From: Octopus bimaculoides
Taxonomy: Eukaryota
Assembly (NCBI RefSeq): GCF_001194135.2
Contig: NC_068985.1
Span: 71,752,032 to 71,805,656, forward strand
Direction: 5' to 3'
DNA length: 53,625 bases
The notes beneath the pieces are model-generated. The model was not told the DNA's origin and did no database searches. It saw nothing but the letters and a program-made list of their open reading frames with translations. The position numbers and the translations under genes are program-made. Shown piece by piece: positions 38,555 to 52,396 of this stretch (its first letter is position 1; every line of letters starts with the position of its first letter).

Positions 38555-40849
38555 AAACCTGTCAGTAACAGCAGTTAATTCCCCTCTTTGGCTGTTAATA
38601 TGAGATTTCAAAAGAAGGACAATACCCATAATCTGTGCTGCTCCCCATCCACCTACTTGAGAAAGTGAAGTTACCAGTGTCTATCTGGCAGCTAATGTCT
38701 GCAGAAAAACATCTAAACATGAGATAGAACTCAATGTCTATGTTTCCAAATTCTCGTCACACAATGAACTTCTTTGAAGGTAGACAACTTATTGGGATTA
38801 TTGTACCAATCAGTATCGTTAAGCCTACTCCTCAAGATTAAAGTTTCCCCGGGTTTGGGATGATGATGTTGTTATGCCAATCAATGTATTAGACCTACCA
38901 TTCAGCAACAAACATACCCAAAGAAGAGAAGTGGAATGGTGGTACTAAACCAGTCTGTTAGGTCTACCACCTACATTACGTTACTGAAGAACCAGATGGT
39001 ATTGTTAAACTGGGTTGTTTATTAGGCCAGTTAGATACTGATTAATTTTGTCTCAACCTCCAACCTACTGCAGACAGATCTTTTTGGTGATTTTTTTTTT
39101 TTTTTTTTGCTCCTGCTTCCCCAAAAGTTTTGAAGGCAAATGACTCCAGCCTCAATCAGTCTCAGTAACAACACTGCACCAAATGATATTTAACAGCATC
39201 ACGTATTTGAGATTCCAAAATTAAGATATTTTCTTGGTCAGCTCTGATTGAGCAAACCTATGATCAAATGTATTGCAGCAGAAATCATCTCATTTTTCTA
39301 CTATGCACTGGAATTTCTAGAGCACATTATGCAGTGTGTCCAGTTTTTAAATGGTGGAGCATAGTTTAATTTAAGTGAGATTTGGCTGCAGTTTCTAGCA
39401 GTCAAGTGGCCATGTAGAGACTCCATGTTGGCTCATTGTAAGCTATATTGATGTGGTCAGGTGGGTTGACAACTGTTTTAACATTGACAGCAAAGACAAA
39501 GGTTAGGTTGATGTCAGTGTTACGAGTGTGATGATGGTTATCATGATAGCAATGATGTTTGGAGTTATATACTAATTGTGATGGTAGTGGTTATAATAAT
39601 GGTGGCGAGGTTGTGGATGATGGCTATACTGATTGTATAATTATTGAGATGCAGGTAATGATTATAATAATGACGATGATGGTGATGATGATTACAATAA
39701 CTATGCCAATGGTGGCAATGATGATATGCTTTTATATGGTGATGCTGATGAAATCAGTGAAAGTGATGATAGAGATGATGATGATGATGATATCATTCAA
39801 TATACAATGATGATATAATGATGGCTGCGTTATGTTGATGATGATGATGACAGTAATAACGAGAAGTTTACCGTTTAAAGAAAAACAAATGATGAAAAAT
39901 GGAACAACTTGGAGCAGGGTTTTTTTTTACCTTTTTTTTTTCTTTATTCTTTTTTATTTCTTTTATTTTTGTTTTTTATTATAAATGTATTGAAACACAA
40001 TATGCCAAAGTTCTGTGGTGAAATTGGTGTGCAAAACTCTTCTGTTAATGATGACCATAGCTATAGTAATGGCATCCACAAGGCCAATTATGATTCATCA
40101 TCAGTTGTCTATGCAGCATCTGTATAAAATTCCTATGTTATCCATCTATTGGCATCCCTTTTGGGACATGGCAGTTACAGCTGTATCCTTTTACCATTTA
40201 GAATTGTAGAACTGTAAGTTGTGGTGCTGGTGGTGGAGGAAGTGGTGATGGTTCTGGTGTTAATACTGGGGTTAATAGTGGTGGTACTGGTGCTGGTGGC
40301 AGTGGTGGTGTGATGGTGTTACGCTGCTAGAGTGACAGTAGTGGTGGTGATTGTGGCGTGTCAGATGCTGGTGGTTGTTGTGCTTGTGGCAGTAGTTGTA
40401 GTTGGAATGGCACTGGTAGTGTTGGTGGTGTTGATGGTAATGGTGGTGGTAGTGGTGGCCTGTTACTTGAAACACAACAGAACACACACTTGCACACAGG
40501 GTTTTCCTTCTCCTTTACACTTTTTATCTGTCTCTCTCCCTTCTCTCCTCTCGCTCTCTCTTTCTCACACACACGTGTTTGTATACAAAAACAAAACAAA
40601 AAGAAAAGTGATAAAATGCAACGGTTCTCCAGAAAGATAACAACATCAAAAAACACACAGCAGACATATTCTTTCAAATGCCACTGTTCCTTCAGTTTTT
40701 TTTGTTGTTTTTTTTTCCAAGACATTTTTTGGTAATTTTATGTTGTTTTCCTTCTACTGCAATAAACACATCTAACTCGGTAGGTTTCAACACCAGCGGC
40801 AGTTTTTTAACATATGGTAACTTGAATGAAGAAATTTACCAGTTTACAA

Positions 40850-40871
40850 AAACACAAACACACACACACCT

Positions 40872-40902
<31 letters not shown>

Positions 40903-40998
40903 GATTTGTGTATATGTATGAATATGTATATGTATATGTATATATGTATATACATACACACACACATCTTCATACATGGATACATAGATACATGAATC

Positions 40999-41038
<40 letters not shown>

Positions 41039-41281
41039 CACATACATACATACACACATAGTATATACTTGCATACATGCACATTTGTGTGTATGTATAG
41101 AACTTTGACAAACGTGTCAAATATAACGCAACTTCATTTGTCTAACCTGAGGCATATTTTACAAAGCCGTTCAGCAAATATGTACATACATGGACATATA
41201 CATATATATGTACATATATATATGTATATATATGGTACATTTATACACACATACATGCATACATACACATATATACAGTTG

Positions 41282-41316
<35 letters not shown>

Positions 41317-41336
41317 CACATATATGGATGAATGGA

Positions 41337-41367
<31 letters not shown>

Positions 41368-41391
41368 CATGTATATAGATGGATGTGGGTG

Positions 41392-41430
<39 letters not shown>

Positions 41431-41570
41431 TAAACACACACATAGACACATACACAGGTTTACATATAGATATAAATGTATATATGTGCATGTGCGCATG
41501 TATCGTGTATATAGATGGCTGTGTGTGTGTGTGTGTGTGTGTGCAAAACACACACACATATACACAGTAA
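40850..41570. repeat. Complex (CA)/(TA)/(TG) microsatellite field
   Basis: Low-complexity dinucleotide mosaic. Similar fields at 85-360, 18760-18910, 36040-37240 and others explain the Y/I/V/C/H/T-rich ORFs. Confidence 0.95.
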
Positions 41571-41949
41571 TATATGTAAAAAATGCAAGTATTTAGATTG
41601 AAATAAAACTAAAGCAAAAAGCTGCAAACCCCAAATATATACATCTAAACTATAAATGTGATAAACTAAATATTTAAGCATTGAAGAATAGAATTGCTTA
41701 CTGAAGGTGGTATTTATGTATATATGGCATCTCTATTTACTTAGACAACCTAATTGAATCATACTTAGAGAAAATTTCCCACTAGTCTCAATCTCTCATG
41801 TTATGTCGCTAGTTCTCTCTCAGAACTATTAATAATCTTCAGAAAGTTGTGTGAAAAACGGTGCCATTTTTGTGCTGATTGGTAGACTTTATTCAACATC
41901 TTTCCTCTCTCGCCTTTCCTTCTGTGTGAGTGTGCGCACACGGACACAT

Positions 41950-42001
<52 letters not shown>

Positions 42002-42653
42002 ACTATTTGCAGAAGCTGACATTTCATTTCATAATATATTTCATAAGTTCCATGTCTCCGATCTTCAGACAAAATATGAATAGTCGTCAAAGAAATCCTT
42101 TATTTTGAATATATAGGAAAACCAAGATAAACAATAGCTTTTGATTGGGTGCAGAAGAGAATAATTTTTAAAAATATGGATGAAAGATAAAAGTCATGGA
42201 AAAATAGTCATAAAAGGTAAATAATGATAAAAGAACAAAGAAATAATTATGACAATAAAAAGTAATAAAAAAATATATATTTATAAAATGTAAGCAATAA
42301 AAAGAACAAACATAGTTACAGTGTATGATAATGATTTTGGGAAGTGGAGTAGGGAGGAAGGAGAGTGTGGTTTGCTCATGCCTATTCACTGTTAAGCAGC
42401 AATTGTGTGCAAAATTTCAAAGACAGCCAATATGTTTTTTAGAAATGTGATCATTGAAGGCATTCTGATAATACATGCATATGAACACATGTGCTCATAC
42501 ATGATTTCTGCATATGTGCATGCTGTCGCATTCATGTGCATGCACTCATACGCTCCACACATTTCCTCTCTCTCTCTTTCTCTCTCTCTCTCGTGTATGT
42601 AAGGTAGAAGGTAAATTGAAACACTGGTATTTCAGCCTTTTAACCCAAACTTC

Positions 42654-42839
42654 TTCAGAAATATAGACAAAAAGAACACCGACAAATTTATCCAACTATA
42701 CTTGCAGTTTGGAAGAATATACACAACTGATTCCAACATTAAGTGGAAGATTTTCAAGAGTTGCACACCATACAGAAATGGGACAAAAAGTTGCAGGTTG
42801 TGTGCAGCTAATTGGAGTTTCACACACCAAACTCCTTGA
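42654..42839 (+). pseudogene. Penelope-like element GIY-YIG C-terminal fragment
   Basis: FRNIDKKNT...SNIKWKIFKSCTPYRNGTKSCRLCAA resembles the PLE motif IKWxIL...PYxNGxKxCxLC. Confidence 0.7.
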
Positions 42840-43269
42840 TAAAACTACGATATGTCTAACTGGGATTTTTCTTTTATCTGTTTCAGTCATTTGATGGCCT
42901 CTTTTTAAAAGAGACCATATAGCCAGGGTTTGAATATCTTTGATCATGCGTGTACTCAGTTAACACTAAGAGACCATTTCTGTCTTAGAAGTAATTATGA
43001 TTGTCATCAATGTTTTGTATTCTTTCTTATGCAAGGTTGGACATCTTGACATCTTAAGATCTGACCTCATTATTTCACTCTCACCATCACCCCTTATCAT
43101 CCTGGGCTTTTACCAGCCACAGACAACACTTTCAACTCACAGGTATTATCATGGAGTTCAAAGCCTGAAAAGGATCCCAAGTTTTTATCTGTTTGCTAGA
43201 CCTGCTAGAAGTTACATCAACCCCCAGCAGTATAGGCAGCCAATTTCAATATTGATTGTTTTATTAACT

Positions 43270-43300
43270 ACTAGCAATGTACCCCGATGTTGCTCAGGTG
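43270..43300 (+). mobile_element. Possible Helitron/Helentron 5'-terminal fragment
   Basis: actagcaatgtaccccgatgttgctcaggt resembles, from memory, ACTAGC...CCCGGCGTTGCxCGGG termini; no 3' end seen. Confidence 0.3.
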
Positions 43301-44654
43301 TTATGGCCTACAGCCATATTGTATTATTTGTTCCTTTTTCTAATGGGCAGAATCAGCACACAAGGAGTATGAAGCAAGTAACTCTTCTTTCTAAACATGT
43401 TTTTTGGTCATTTTCTGATGAGCAATGCTGCAGTTTCCATCTACCAAATTCAGCCACAAGTCTGTGGTTGGCCTCGGGCTATAGTAGAAAATACTTGTCT
43501 AAGGTACCATGCAGAGGGACTGAACGTGGAATCATGTGGTTGGGAAGCAAACTTCTCAACCATATGGTCATTCTTGTATCCAATGTGTGTGTGTATGTTT
43601 ACATTTGTTGTTAAATTGAGTATTGTGTCTGGCAGAGTTGCCTCCCTTAGCTAAAGACCTCAAAATTGTGCAACCCGACCTCATCTTCGATGTTATTTTT
43701 GTAGTAAAAGCAGGTTTTTGTGCAAAAAACATAGTTTATTTGGTAGCTGAAAGATTACTGAATCTTTTGATACCTCATTTGTCAACATAGGCAACTCGGT
43801 TTCCGAATCCATAAGGAGCATATGCGTGCACGCACGCACGCATGCATACACAAACACACACACACACATACACACACACACAGTTTTATATATTAAGGTT
43901 AGTGGAATTTGCACTTAAAATATAACTGCATATCGCAAAGTAAATTTCAGTGTTCTTATTAATAATCATGTTAATTACTATGATGATGATGATGATGGCA
44001 GCAGTAGTGATGATGATGATCTCATAGATCAGCTAGACTGCTCATCCACGTGCAGAATGTTCAATGATTCAGATAAGATCATGCCTCCTATTGTATTGGT
44101 ATGTTCAGTTAACTCAGAATGAATACTAAAAGTGCTATAACAATACACTGAAAATTTTTGCAGCAAATTTCTTTATACGTGTACGGAAAAAAATGTTATA
44201 ACCATATTTGTGGGAAAAGAAATGTAAACCTTCAGAAATGCTGAAGTGACATTGTTGTAGGATTTTCACATACAAACTAAAAGAAGAGTAAAATACAGCA
44301 GAATGGATGTTGTACTCTTAAAAAAAAACGAAAGAAAAGAAACTGTATAGTAATTGATATGACATGCCTATGTGACACTTGTATTATTTAGCTGTGTCTC
44401 TTCACATTCTGAGTTGAAATCTTGGTATCAATATCTGTTTTTAATCCATATGAAATCAATAAAAAAAATAGCAATCAAACTTTGACTTACACCTTCCCAA
44501 AAATGTAGCCTTCTGTTAAAGGAAAAAAAAAAAAGATTTATCATGGACACCATCATTGTCATCATTAATCATCCCCAAAAACAGTGGATGATAGGATTGG
44601 TAGAGTACTTAAAAGAACTTCTATTTAAGGTTCCTTTTTGTTATGAGTGTGAAG

Positions 44655-44978
44655 GCACATACATGGTTTAGTGGCTAGGAGTACTCAGCTTACAATCATG
44701 AGGTCATAAGTTCAATACCCAACATTATAAAATAAGATTTTTTGAATAAGACACTTTATTTCACATTCTTCCTGTCCATTCAGCTAGCAAAAATGAGTTG
44801 TACCTGTAATTCAAAGGACCAGCCTTGTCACATTCTGTGTCACATTGAATCTCCTTGAAAACTACGTTTAGGGTACATGCGTTTGTGGAGTACTCAGCCA
44901 CTTGCACATTAATTTCACAAGCAGGCTGTTCCATTGATCAGATCAACTGGAACCCTTGTTGTAACTGACGGAGTGCCA
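44655..44978 (+). mobile_element. tRNA-like SINE (family C)
   Basis: Colinear with 38245-38554 (taagacactttatttcac...gccagccttgtcacattctgtgtc...gatcaactggaac). Confidence 0.8.
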
Positions 44979-45145
44979 GTTTGTATTCTGAGTTCAATTT
45001 GACACCAGAAAAAAAAAAAAAACTCAGGAATTTGGTTTAATAAATGGTAAGAATTCTGATCAAAAGTGCTAAACTGTGGCTGGGAGGAAAATAAACTTGG
45101 TAAATAAGTAAGAGGAATCACTGGCGACTGGAGGGAGACTGTCAT

Positions 45146-45370
45146 CTTGACTATATGCTGCTGTGGTTGCTGCTTGATGATGGACTCTGGTGATGATGTT
45201 ATTCCATACTTTCTGATCCATTGAAAACCTAAGTCCAGCAGCGTAAGCTACAGTGGTTTGGCAATGTCTGCAGGATGAGCATCAGAAGACTACCACACCA
45301 ACTTTTGTGGAGAATCAGCGCAGTGCACTAAAGAAGACATGGGTGAAACAAATGGAGGAAGACCTGAAAT
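45146..45370. mobile_element. LINE 3' fragment with internal inversion
   Basis: 45220-45370 (+) encodes QRKLQWFGNVCRMSIRRLPHQLLW...KKTWVKQMEEDLK; 45146-45220 is the 3'UTR in reverse orientation. Confidence 0.65.
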
Positions 45371-45639
45371 AAATTTGGTACCAGTTCAAATATGTTTGAG
45401 AGATATTTGAATCCATAAAAACAGTTTATCATGGAGAATATTCATGCTGTAGAGAAAAAAGGTGTAAAAATACTATGGTTAGTTGAGAGCACCCTCTAGC
45501 AGATTAGTAGATGTATGCATTTCTTCTCATCTGCCCCAAATATCATATTATACCAAGCTGATGTGTGAAATACTCAAATGCTGAAACAGAATTTGACAAG
45601 ATCCTGAAACTGCTTTCTTATTATAGGAGCCTTGGGATC

Positions 45640-45780
45640 AATGACAAAATATCTGAGAACAAATCTCAAATCTTGCAAAACTTGATTTCAACCTGCAGGA
45701 AAAAAGTCTTCCAGGTTCAGTAAGGATTATTTGAAAATGTGCTTGATATAATGTGAGAACAGGTGCAAAGAAGTGAAAAA
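45640..45780 (+). pseudogene. Very decayed Tc1/mariner transposase C-terminal remnant
   Basis: LGINDKISENKSQILQNL...FENVL resembles WGxLKDKVYxNKPQTLxxL...FEN. Confidence 0.3.
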
Positions 45781-47392
45781 AAGATCTTCAACAAAATGTT
45801 GCTCATCCTAGATCACAAGTTATGGTTCAATAGGAAGCATAATTAAGCTGACCAAACACCAATTCTGTGAAACAGCAGAGCATAACAATAATGATAAGGA
45901 TAATAATACTAATAATAATAATGATAATAATAAGAATAATAATTATTTCTGTATTGAAGTGGAAATTAAACACCATTGTAATGCTTACGCCTACAAAGTT
46001 TAATTGCTTTAAAAGAAAAATCTCCAACATTGAAAAGATTTATGAGTTTTAAAAATGCTTTCTCATGTAAAGTTTTTAATGTTAATCTGAAAGTAGAATC
46101 TTAAAATTCCAGATGGTGAAAATACAACTACCTTACCCACTCTGGCATCACTTGCCATTAATCATTGTGTGTGTGTGTATTACTATTTTCTGTTTTTGTT
46201 TGAAGGGTATTTGTAATTTTTGATATTTTGGAAATTAATTTGATGTAGTTGAAAACTAAAGGGAAGAAGTTATTTCATTTGCTGTTTGAAGTAAAAGTTG
46301 TTAATATGACTTCCAAATTAAAGTTCTAACAATTCTGGAAAAAGAATGCTAAAGAATAATTTTTTTCACTCTAATTTTTTTTTTTCCATAAGCCCCACTC
46401 CTAAAAAAGAAAAAAAAAACTATCATTCTAATTTCATTGTTTTGTTATTGTCTGGAGCTTGCATTTTCTTACCCAGTTATTCATTCAAGCCATCTTTGTA
46501 TAGAACACACACGTGTGTGTATAAGGTGGTAAATTGACAGTATCATTAGAACTTCCAATACAATATCTTGTGGTGTTTCTTTCAACTCACTATGCTTTGT
46601 ATGTTTAAATCTCATCAAGGTTAACACTGTTTTTCATCCTTTTGGGACCAGAAAATAACATACTAGTCCAGGGCAGTAGATTGGTATCAGAAGAGATACT
46701 GCGAGGTATTTGTTCTGACTTACAGTGTTCTGTGTTCAAATTCTCCATGTTGCTTAAATCCCATCAATAGTAAGGTCATTATGAAATGTCGGCATCTTTT
46801 AACAAACCCAATGTGAAAAAGAGATTGCATATGAGATTCCACTGAACCCACTACACTAAATTGGCATGAATTTACAAGAACCCTATGCTTCTAGGATTTT
46901 CATGTTTTTTGTGCATACATTTGTGTGTGTTTATGTAGTCCTAAATATAGCGTGTCTGAATAATAGACAGAATAATTATTGCTGGTATATCTTTGAGCGT
47001 AGGTCTACTGTGTCAAAACTGATCTGGAACTAACATACAACAAAGAAGGATAAATTTAATAATGTAATCTTAGATGCACCATGTCTGAATAAAAGATGAG
47101 ATGATCATAGCTGATATATCTTTGTGCATAGGCCTACCGGATTCGGGCTAATTTGGGGCTAAACTACTACAATATATGCCAACAATAAAGCGAGAAAACA
47201 TTGGATGGAATCTTAGATACCCTATGACTAAATTAAAAATAAGATGGTCATAACTGCTATATTTTTAATCCTTTATCTGCTGGATGTGGGTTTTCCTGGA
47301 GTTGAACAATGACATCATTATCATCATCATAAGCAACAAGCAATGCAGTGCCAGACATGGCAGCATGATGAAAAAATTCACAACTATAATAT

Positions 47393-47606
47393 GCTTTTTT
47401 ACTCTAGGCACAAGGCCCAAAATTTTTGGGGAGTGGGGCCAGTCAATTAGATCGACCACAGTATGCAACTGGTACTTAATTTATCGACCCCAAAAGGATG
47501 AAAGGTAAAGTTGACCTTGGTGGAATTTGAACTCAGGACATAAAGACAGACGAAATACTACTAAGCATTTCACCCAGCATGCTAATGTTTCTGCTAGCTC
47601 GCCGTT
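47393..47606 (-). mobile_element. tRNA-like SINE (family B) with 16-bp TSD
   Basis: TTCACAACTATAATAT at 47377-47392 and 47607-47622. Confidence 0.88.
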
Positions 47607-48320
47607 TTCACAACTATAATATTGCAAGTTCAGTTCCACTGCACAATACTTTAGATGTGTTCTGTCATAGCCTTGGGTTGACCAAAGGGTGATGAAGTTA
47701 AAAAATCAGAAACTACTTGCAAGCTTATATGAGATATCATTCCTGCTCTTTGACCAAATACTTATTCTGTTGCTCAGTTTAACACCGTTACCTGACATTT
47801 GGATGTCTGTAGTGGCAATCCATTCTATTGCTAGTATTCAAACCAAGTCTTTGTGCTGAAGATAACTTCCCCTCTTTTGCTCACCAATCTCTGAGGGTGT
47901 TTCCTTTTCCCCCCTCTGTCTAAGCCATCAAAAATGAAAGTGAAAATAAAACAGCAGCTGTTAATAAATCCTTCTGAGGATATCAATTTATGTTGACAAT
48001 CCTTCCTTCCTTCTCTCTCAGCTCAGTACAAGAACTGAAAGTTTGTTGTATTAGATTTGTTTGTTTCTTCCAACCTTAGATTTATATCAGCATTTAGATG
48101 CTATACATTCATCTCCTTTGTTTATTCTAAATCCATTCAACATTCTATACTGATTTCACATACACACATAACACACTCATGCATATATACATGCTTACAT
48201 ACAAAATGTTCATACATGCATATATACTTAATAAACATGCATACTTTCATAAAACATAGACACACATGTATCTATTGATATAGATATATATGAACATAGA
48301 TGCACATTTATACCTATCTA

Positions 48321-48421
<101 letters not shown>

Positions 48422-49481
48422 TAACACATAGTAATCAGACATATATACATACATACCTAAAACAATACATGGCTTATTTCAAAATACATATATAAACATG
48501 TGCATGTGTATGAGAGAGAAAGTGGGGGAGAGAGAGAATAAGAGTGAGGGCTATGTTGTCATGACCTAAATGACAATTTCAAATCGACTCTCAATGAAGT
48601 TGATATTAGATTGTGGAACAATAAGAATTTTCAAGCTGTGCAACTTTGTTCTTTAGAAAGATTCACATTTTAGATCACTGAAAGTGTTGTATCATGTCAA
48701 AGAATTCAGTTCAGATCTTCTATTTTGAAAATAAATAGTTTTCTCAAGATATTCTTCCATTTCTTTCCCTAACCTTTTGGAATTTTTTTTTTATCTTTGC
48801 TTCTGCTACATGTTTTTTGCATTTTGATTTTATTGAATGTGTTTCTCTAAAATATTTAAAATTGTAAATCACTGGTTTTATGAATACATTTTAAAATTCT
48901 CATATACATTCAGTTTCCATTAACAAAATCTTTATTGTGGTAGTATTGTTGTAATAGTTTTCATCATCCTTTTTCCACAGTCGATTTTCTTCAAAATCTA
49001 AAAGTTTCCACCAAAAGAAAGCATGTCTTTGATGCCAGCATTCTATTTGAAATGATGCTGAATGTGATAAAGGCTTTTCTCATTATTTTTCATCTGTCAT
49101 CATCTGTTTTAACAACAAAAATGACATTTTGTGGCAAGTGTCAACTTTCGTTGAACCATCTTAACTCTCTTTCTCTTTCATATATGCATGTGTATAAATA
49201 CACATACACACAACACATAAACATATATAAATGTATTAATACACATATTCACTTATATTGTATTTTGTATTTCTATAATGACTGATGCTTACTGAAAGCT
49301 AGCATATTTCTATAGATTCTAATGAGTTGCAAAACTTTGATACGTTTCCTGAACAACAAAACAGAAATCTTCCAGAATTTCTCCTGTTATATAATCACAG
49401 TATTCAATCAAAAGTGAAGTTCAATTTTCTTGGTTGCTTTTTTTTTTTAGTGCTTTCTCTCTCTCCCTTTCTCTCTGTAAT

Positions 49482-49513
<32 letters not shown>

Positions 49514-50274
49514 AATTTCAAATATTAGTTCTTTGGTTCTCACTTCCATCTATCACCACTCCTGCAACCACTACAAACACTATCTCCATAACCTTTTAAA
49601 TAGTAACTCAATGCTCAATCCCTAATGGAATACTGCGATCCTTGTGAATATTTGTAAAGTGTGTTGCTTTCAACTGCTTCCCATAAATCAAGAGGCCTTC
49701 AAATAACAGAAAATGATAAAGCCTAATGGTTGTGGTTCTGTCTGAACATTCTAGTAACAAACAAACAAACAAAAAATGGCTGCCTTCAAGCAGTGAAATA
49801 CTTCTGCTATTTTCTCTTTAGTACTATTGTTTTGTAATGCCACTTTGTTTTTGATCTTTTGATTGATTGTTAGAATTTTAATGCTTCTTTCATGTGTTCT
49901 CTTTATTAATTTTGGGAATCCAGTTAAGATGACCGAAAGTTAGTTTTCTTGACCCCTTGCCATCATGTTCTGGTTTTATCATGTTGTTACATAATTTATG
50001 TTTTGATGATAAAGCATAGGCAAGGGAGTGGAGTTAGAGCAAGGGTTAGTTAGAGTTAAAGATTCACAGAGACTGGAAGTAAGGCTCTGCCTTTGCGGCT
50101 GACAACAAATGGAATCTTGAGTCAAAGAAGAACCTCTTAGTGGTTGCTGGACCTGCTAGAAAAAGTAGTCAAATCTCCTTCAAATAACTCTTTGTCTCTC
50201 GGAAAACAATATATTTGAAAATGTGGTCCTGGGTTCCCGATGAATAGGTGAAAGATGAGATGGTCATGATTATA

Positions 50275-50494
50275 GGCGGCGAGCTGGCAGAAATGTTAGC
50301 ACAATGGGCGAAATGCTTAGCGGTATTTCGTCTGCCGTTACGTTCTGAGTTCAAATTCCGCCGAGGTCGACTTTGCCTTTCATCCTTTCAGGGTCGATAA
50401 ATTAAGTACCAGTTATGCACTGGTGTCGATGTAATCGACTTAACCCCTTTGTTTGTTCCCCCTATGTTTAGCCCCTTGTGGGCAATAAAGAAAT
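50275..50494 (+). mobile_element. Young tRNA-like SINE (family B) with 18-bp TSD, nested in another repeat
   Basis: ggcggcgagctggcagaa...cgttctgagttcaaattccgcc; GATGAGATGGTCATGATT at 50254-50271 and 50496-50513. Confidence 0.92.
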
Positions 50495-51224
50495 TGATGA
50501 GATGGTCATGATTGAAATGCTTTTGATCAAAGGTCTGCTTGGTCAGGTTTGTCTTAGGACTACACAAGAATAACAACAACAAATGGAATGTTGAGTCTGT
50601 GGGTGAACCTCTAAGCACTCACTGAATCTACTACAAAAAGCAACTAGATCCCTCTCAAATCACACTAATAAATTATAAAAAAAATAATAAATAAATAAAA
50701 GGAAGGCAATATTTGATAATACAGTCAGTGATACAATATATTTAAAAAAAACAAAAATGGAACTGACAGGATGACCATACCTGCAGCATCTTTAATCATC
50801 GGGTTGACTGATCAGGGTACTGATTTACTGAACTAACAACAATAATAATCACAATATAAAAATGGAACCTGTCTTTTCATTTCTCACACTCTCTTTCACC
50901 CCATTGCCTTCTCTCCTCTCTCTTTTCCATTCTTATGTAAGATGTGAAGTGAAAGAAGAATAGTTTGATTTTCAGAATTATGAGTTGGTGTAACATTAGT
51001 ACTGCTTGAGCCATTCAGGCTCACCTCCCTTCGTCCCTTTCATCTCTGTGTCACAACTGGATATGTTAATATTGTCTAATTGCCCAATGACTTTTATTTA
51101 ATCATAGACAGTGAAGTTTGCTCATGACAAAGGACTTTGCTCTCTTTGGGTCATACCCATGATACCACTTATCAATGTAAAAACCAACACAGCCATGACA
51201 TAATTAACCAATTTAATTGAGCAT

Positions 51225-51444
51225 TCGCATTTACTCAGATTACTTTGGCAAATGAAATACTTATTTATTTACATTGTTTTGAATTAATCATGAATTATCT
51301 TGTAGCATTGAGATTTTGATGATGTGATTGTTGATATTTAGAATGACATTGTAGGGTAGGTGTGAGAGACTGAATCTGTCCAGTTTCAACATGAAACAAG
51401 GTAGAATATCTGGGCCTGATACACCTGGTTTAAATGCTAAAGAG
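51225..51444 (+). mobile_element. piggyBac-like MITE (family P1), left end decayed
   Basis: Interior colinear with 31151-31369; right end aaatgctaaaagag|ttca. Confidence 0.65.
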
Positions 51445-51811
51445 TTCATGGATGGTGTTCTTCAGTCACTCCCTGTTGGTCATTCTTGTCATATATACTG
51501 TTATGCATTACTATATATGCATGTACTTTCATATTCCAGATTTGGACTTGTTACCATCAACCCACCCCACCCCACCCCAACTGTATGTCTTTTGTTATTA
51601 TTTTGGTCTGCAAGAAGAAGAAGTTGAGTCCTTTATCTTTACAGGTTCTCTGAGGTCAGTGAAACTGATAGCATTAATCTTGTGCTAAAAAGTGTCATTA
51701 GTCAACTGCAAATGAAGGCATGTGAAAAGAAGATATTCCACAGAACAGATTTTCTGGAAGGAAAGATACAGAGAGATAGTAGTTAGTGTGCGATCTAGAT
51801 TAGTGGAGGTA

Positions 51812-51856
<45 letters not shown>

Positions 51857-52396
51857 AAAGAAATAAGAGGTGAGATGAGTGAGCTGAGAGTGATCTCAGT
51901 GGTGGTGGCATGAAACCAACCAATTCAAAGGAGTAGACACTATTGTAGTAGCAACAGAAGAGTCAGAAGGAGGAGACAGGTTGTCTATGAGTTAGAGATT
52001 GGAGTGTGTTTGTGAGTGGCTTCCTGCCAATCATTCAAGTGACCAACAAAGTTAGTTGATTTGAGAGAAATTAATCATCTTATGTAGTCAGATTCATTAT
52101 TTTGTTTTTTTGTTTTTGTAATTTAATTTAATTTTATCCACTTCATTTTAATGTTTACAAGAAGTCACAAATGATCTCAGTTCTAGCAGTTTCTAAATCA
52201 ATAACAAAATCTACCTTCATGGGACATTTCTATAGCTTAGATAATGACTAGAAGTAATTCTTTATTTAAAATACTGGTTAAAAAGTTTGCTTTACCATCA
52301 GATGGTTCCAAGCTCAATTCTACAGTGTGACACCATGGGAAAATGTTTTCAACTATGGTCACAGGTCAGCCCAATCCTTGTGAATGAAATTAGAGA

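Noticed and set aside
17490-42839. Idea that the two Penelope fragments are halves of one split element
   Set aside because: They overlap in the SF..NST.LS..IW region and differ strongly there, so they are separate insertions.
42997-43614. 205-aa ORF
   Set aside because: No recognisable domain; it crosses repeat fragments including a reverse family D SINE.
51644-51790. Acceptor ctttatctttacag followed by 46 open codons (FSEVSETDS...)
   Set aside because: The open frame is the wrong phase for the host exon, the phase-1 frame stops after about 14 codons, and there is no good donor.
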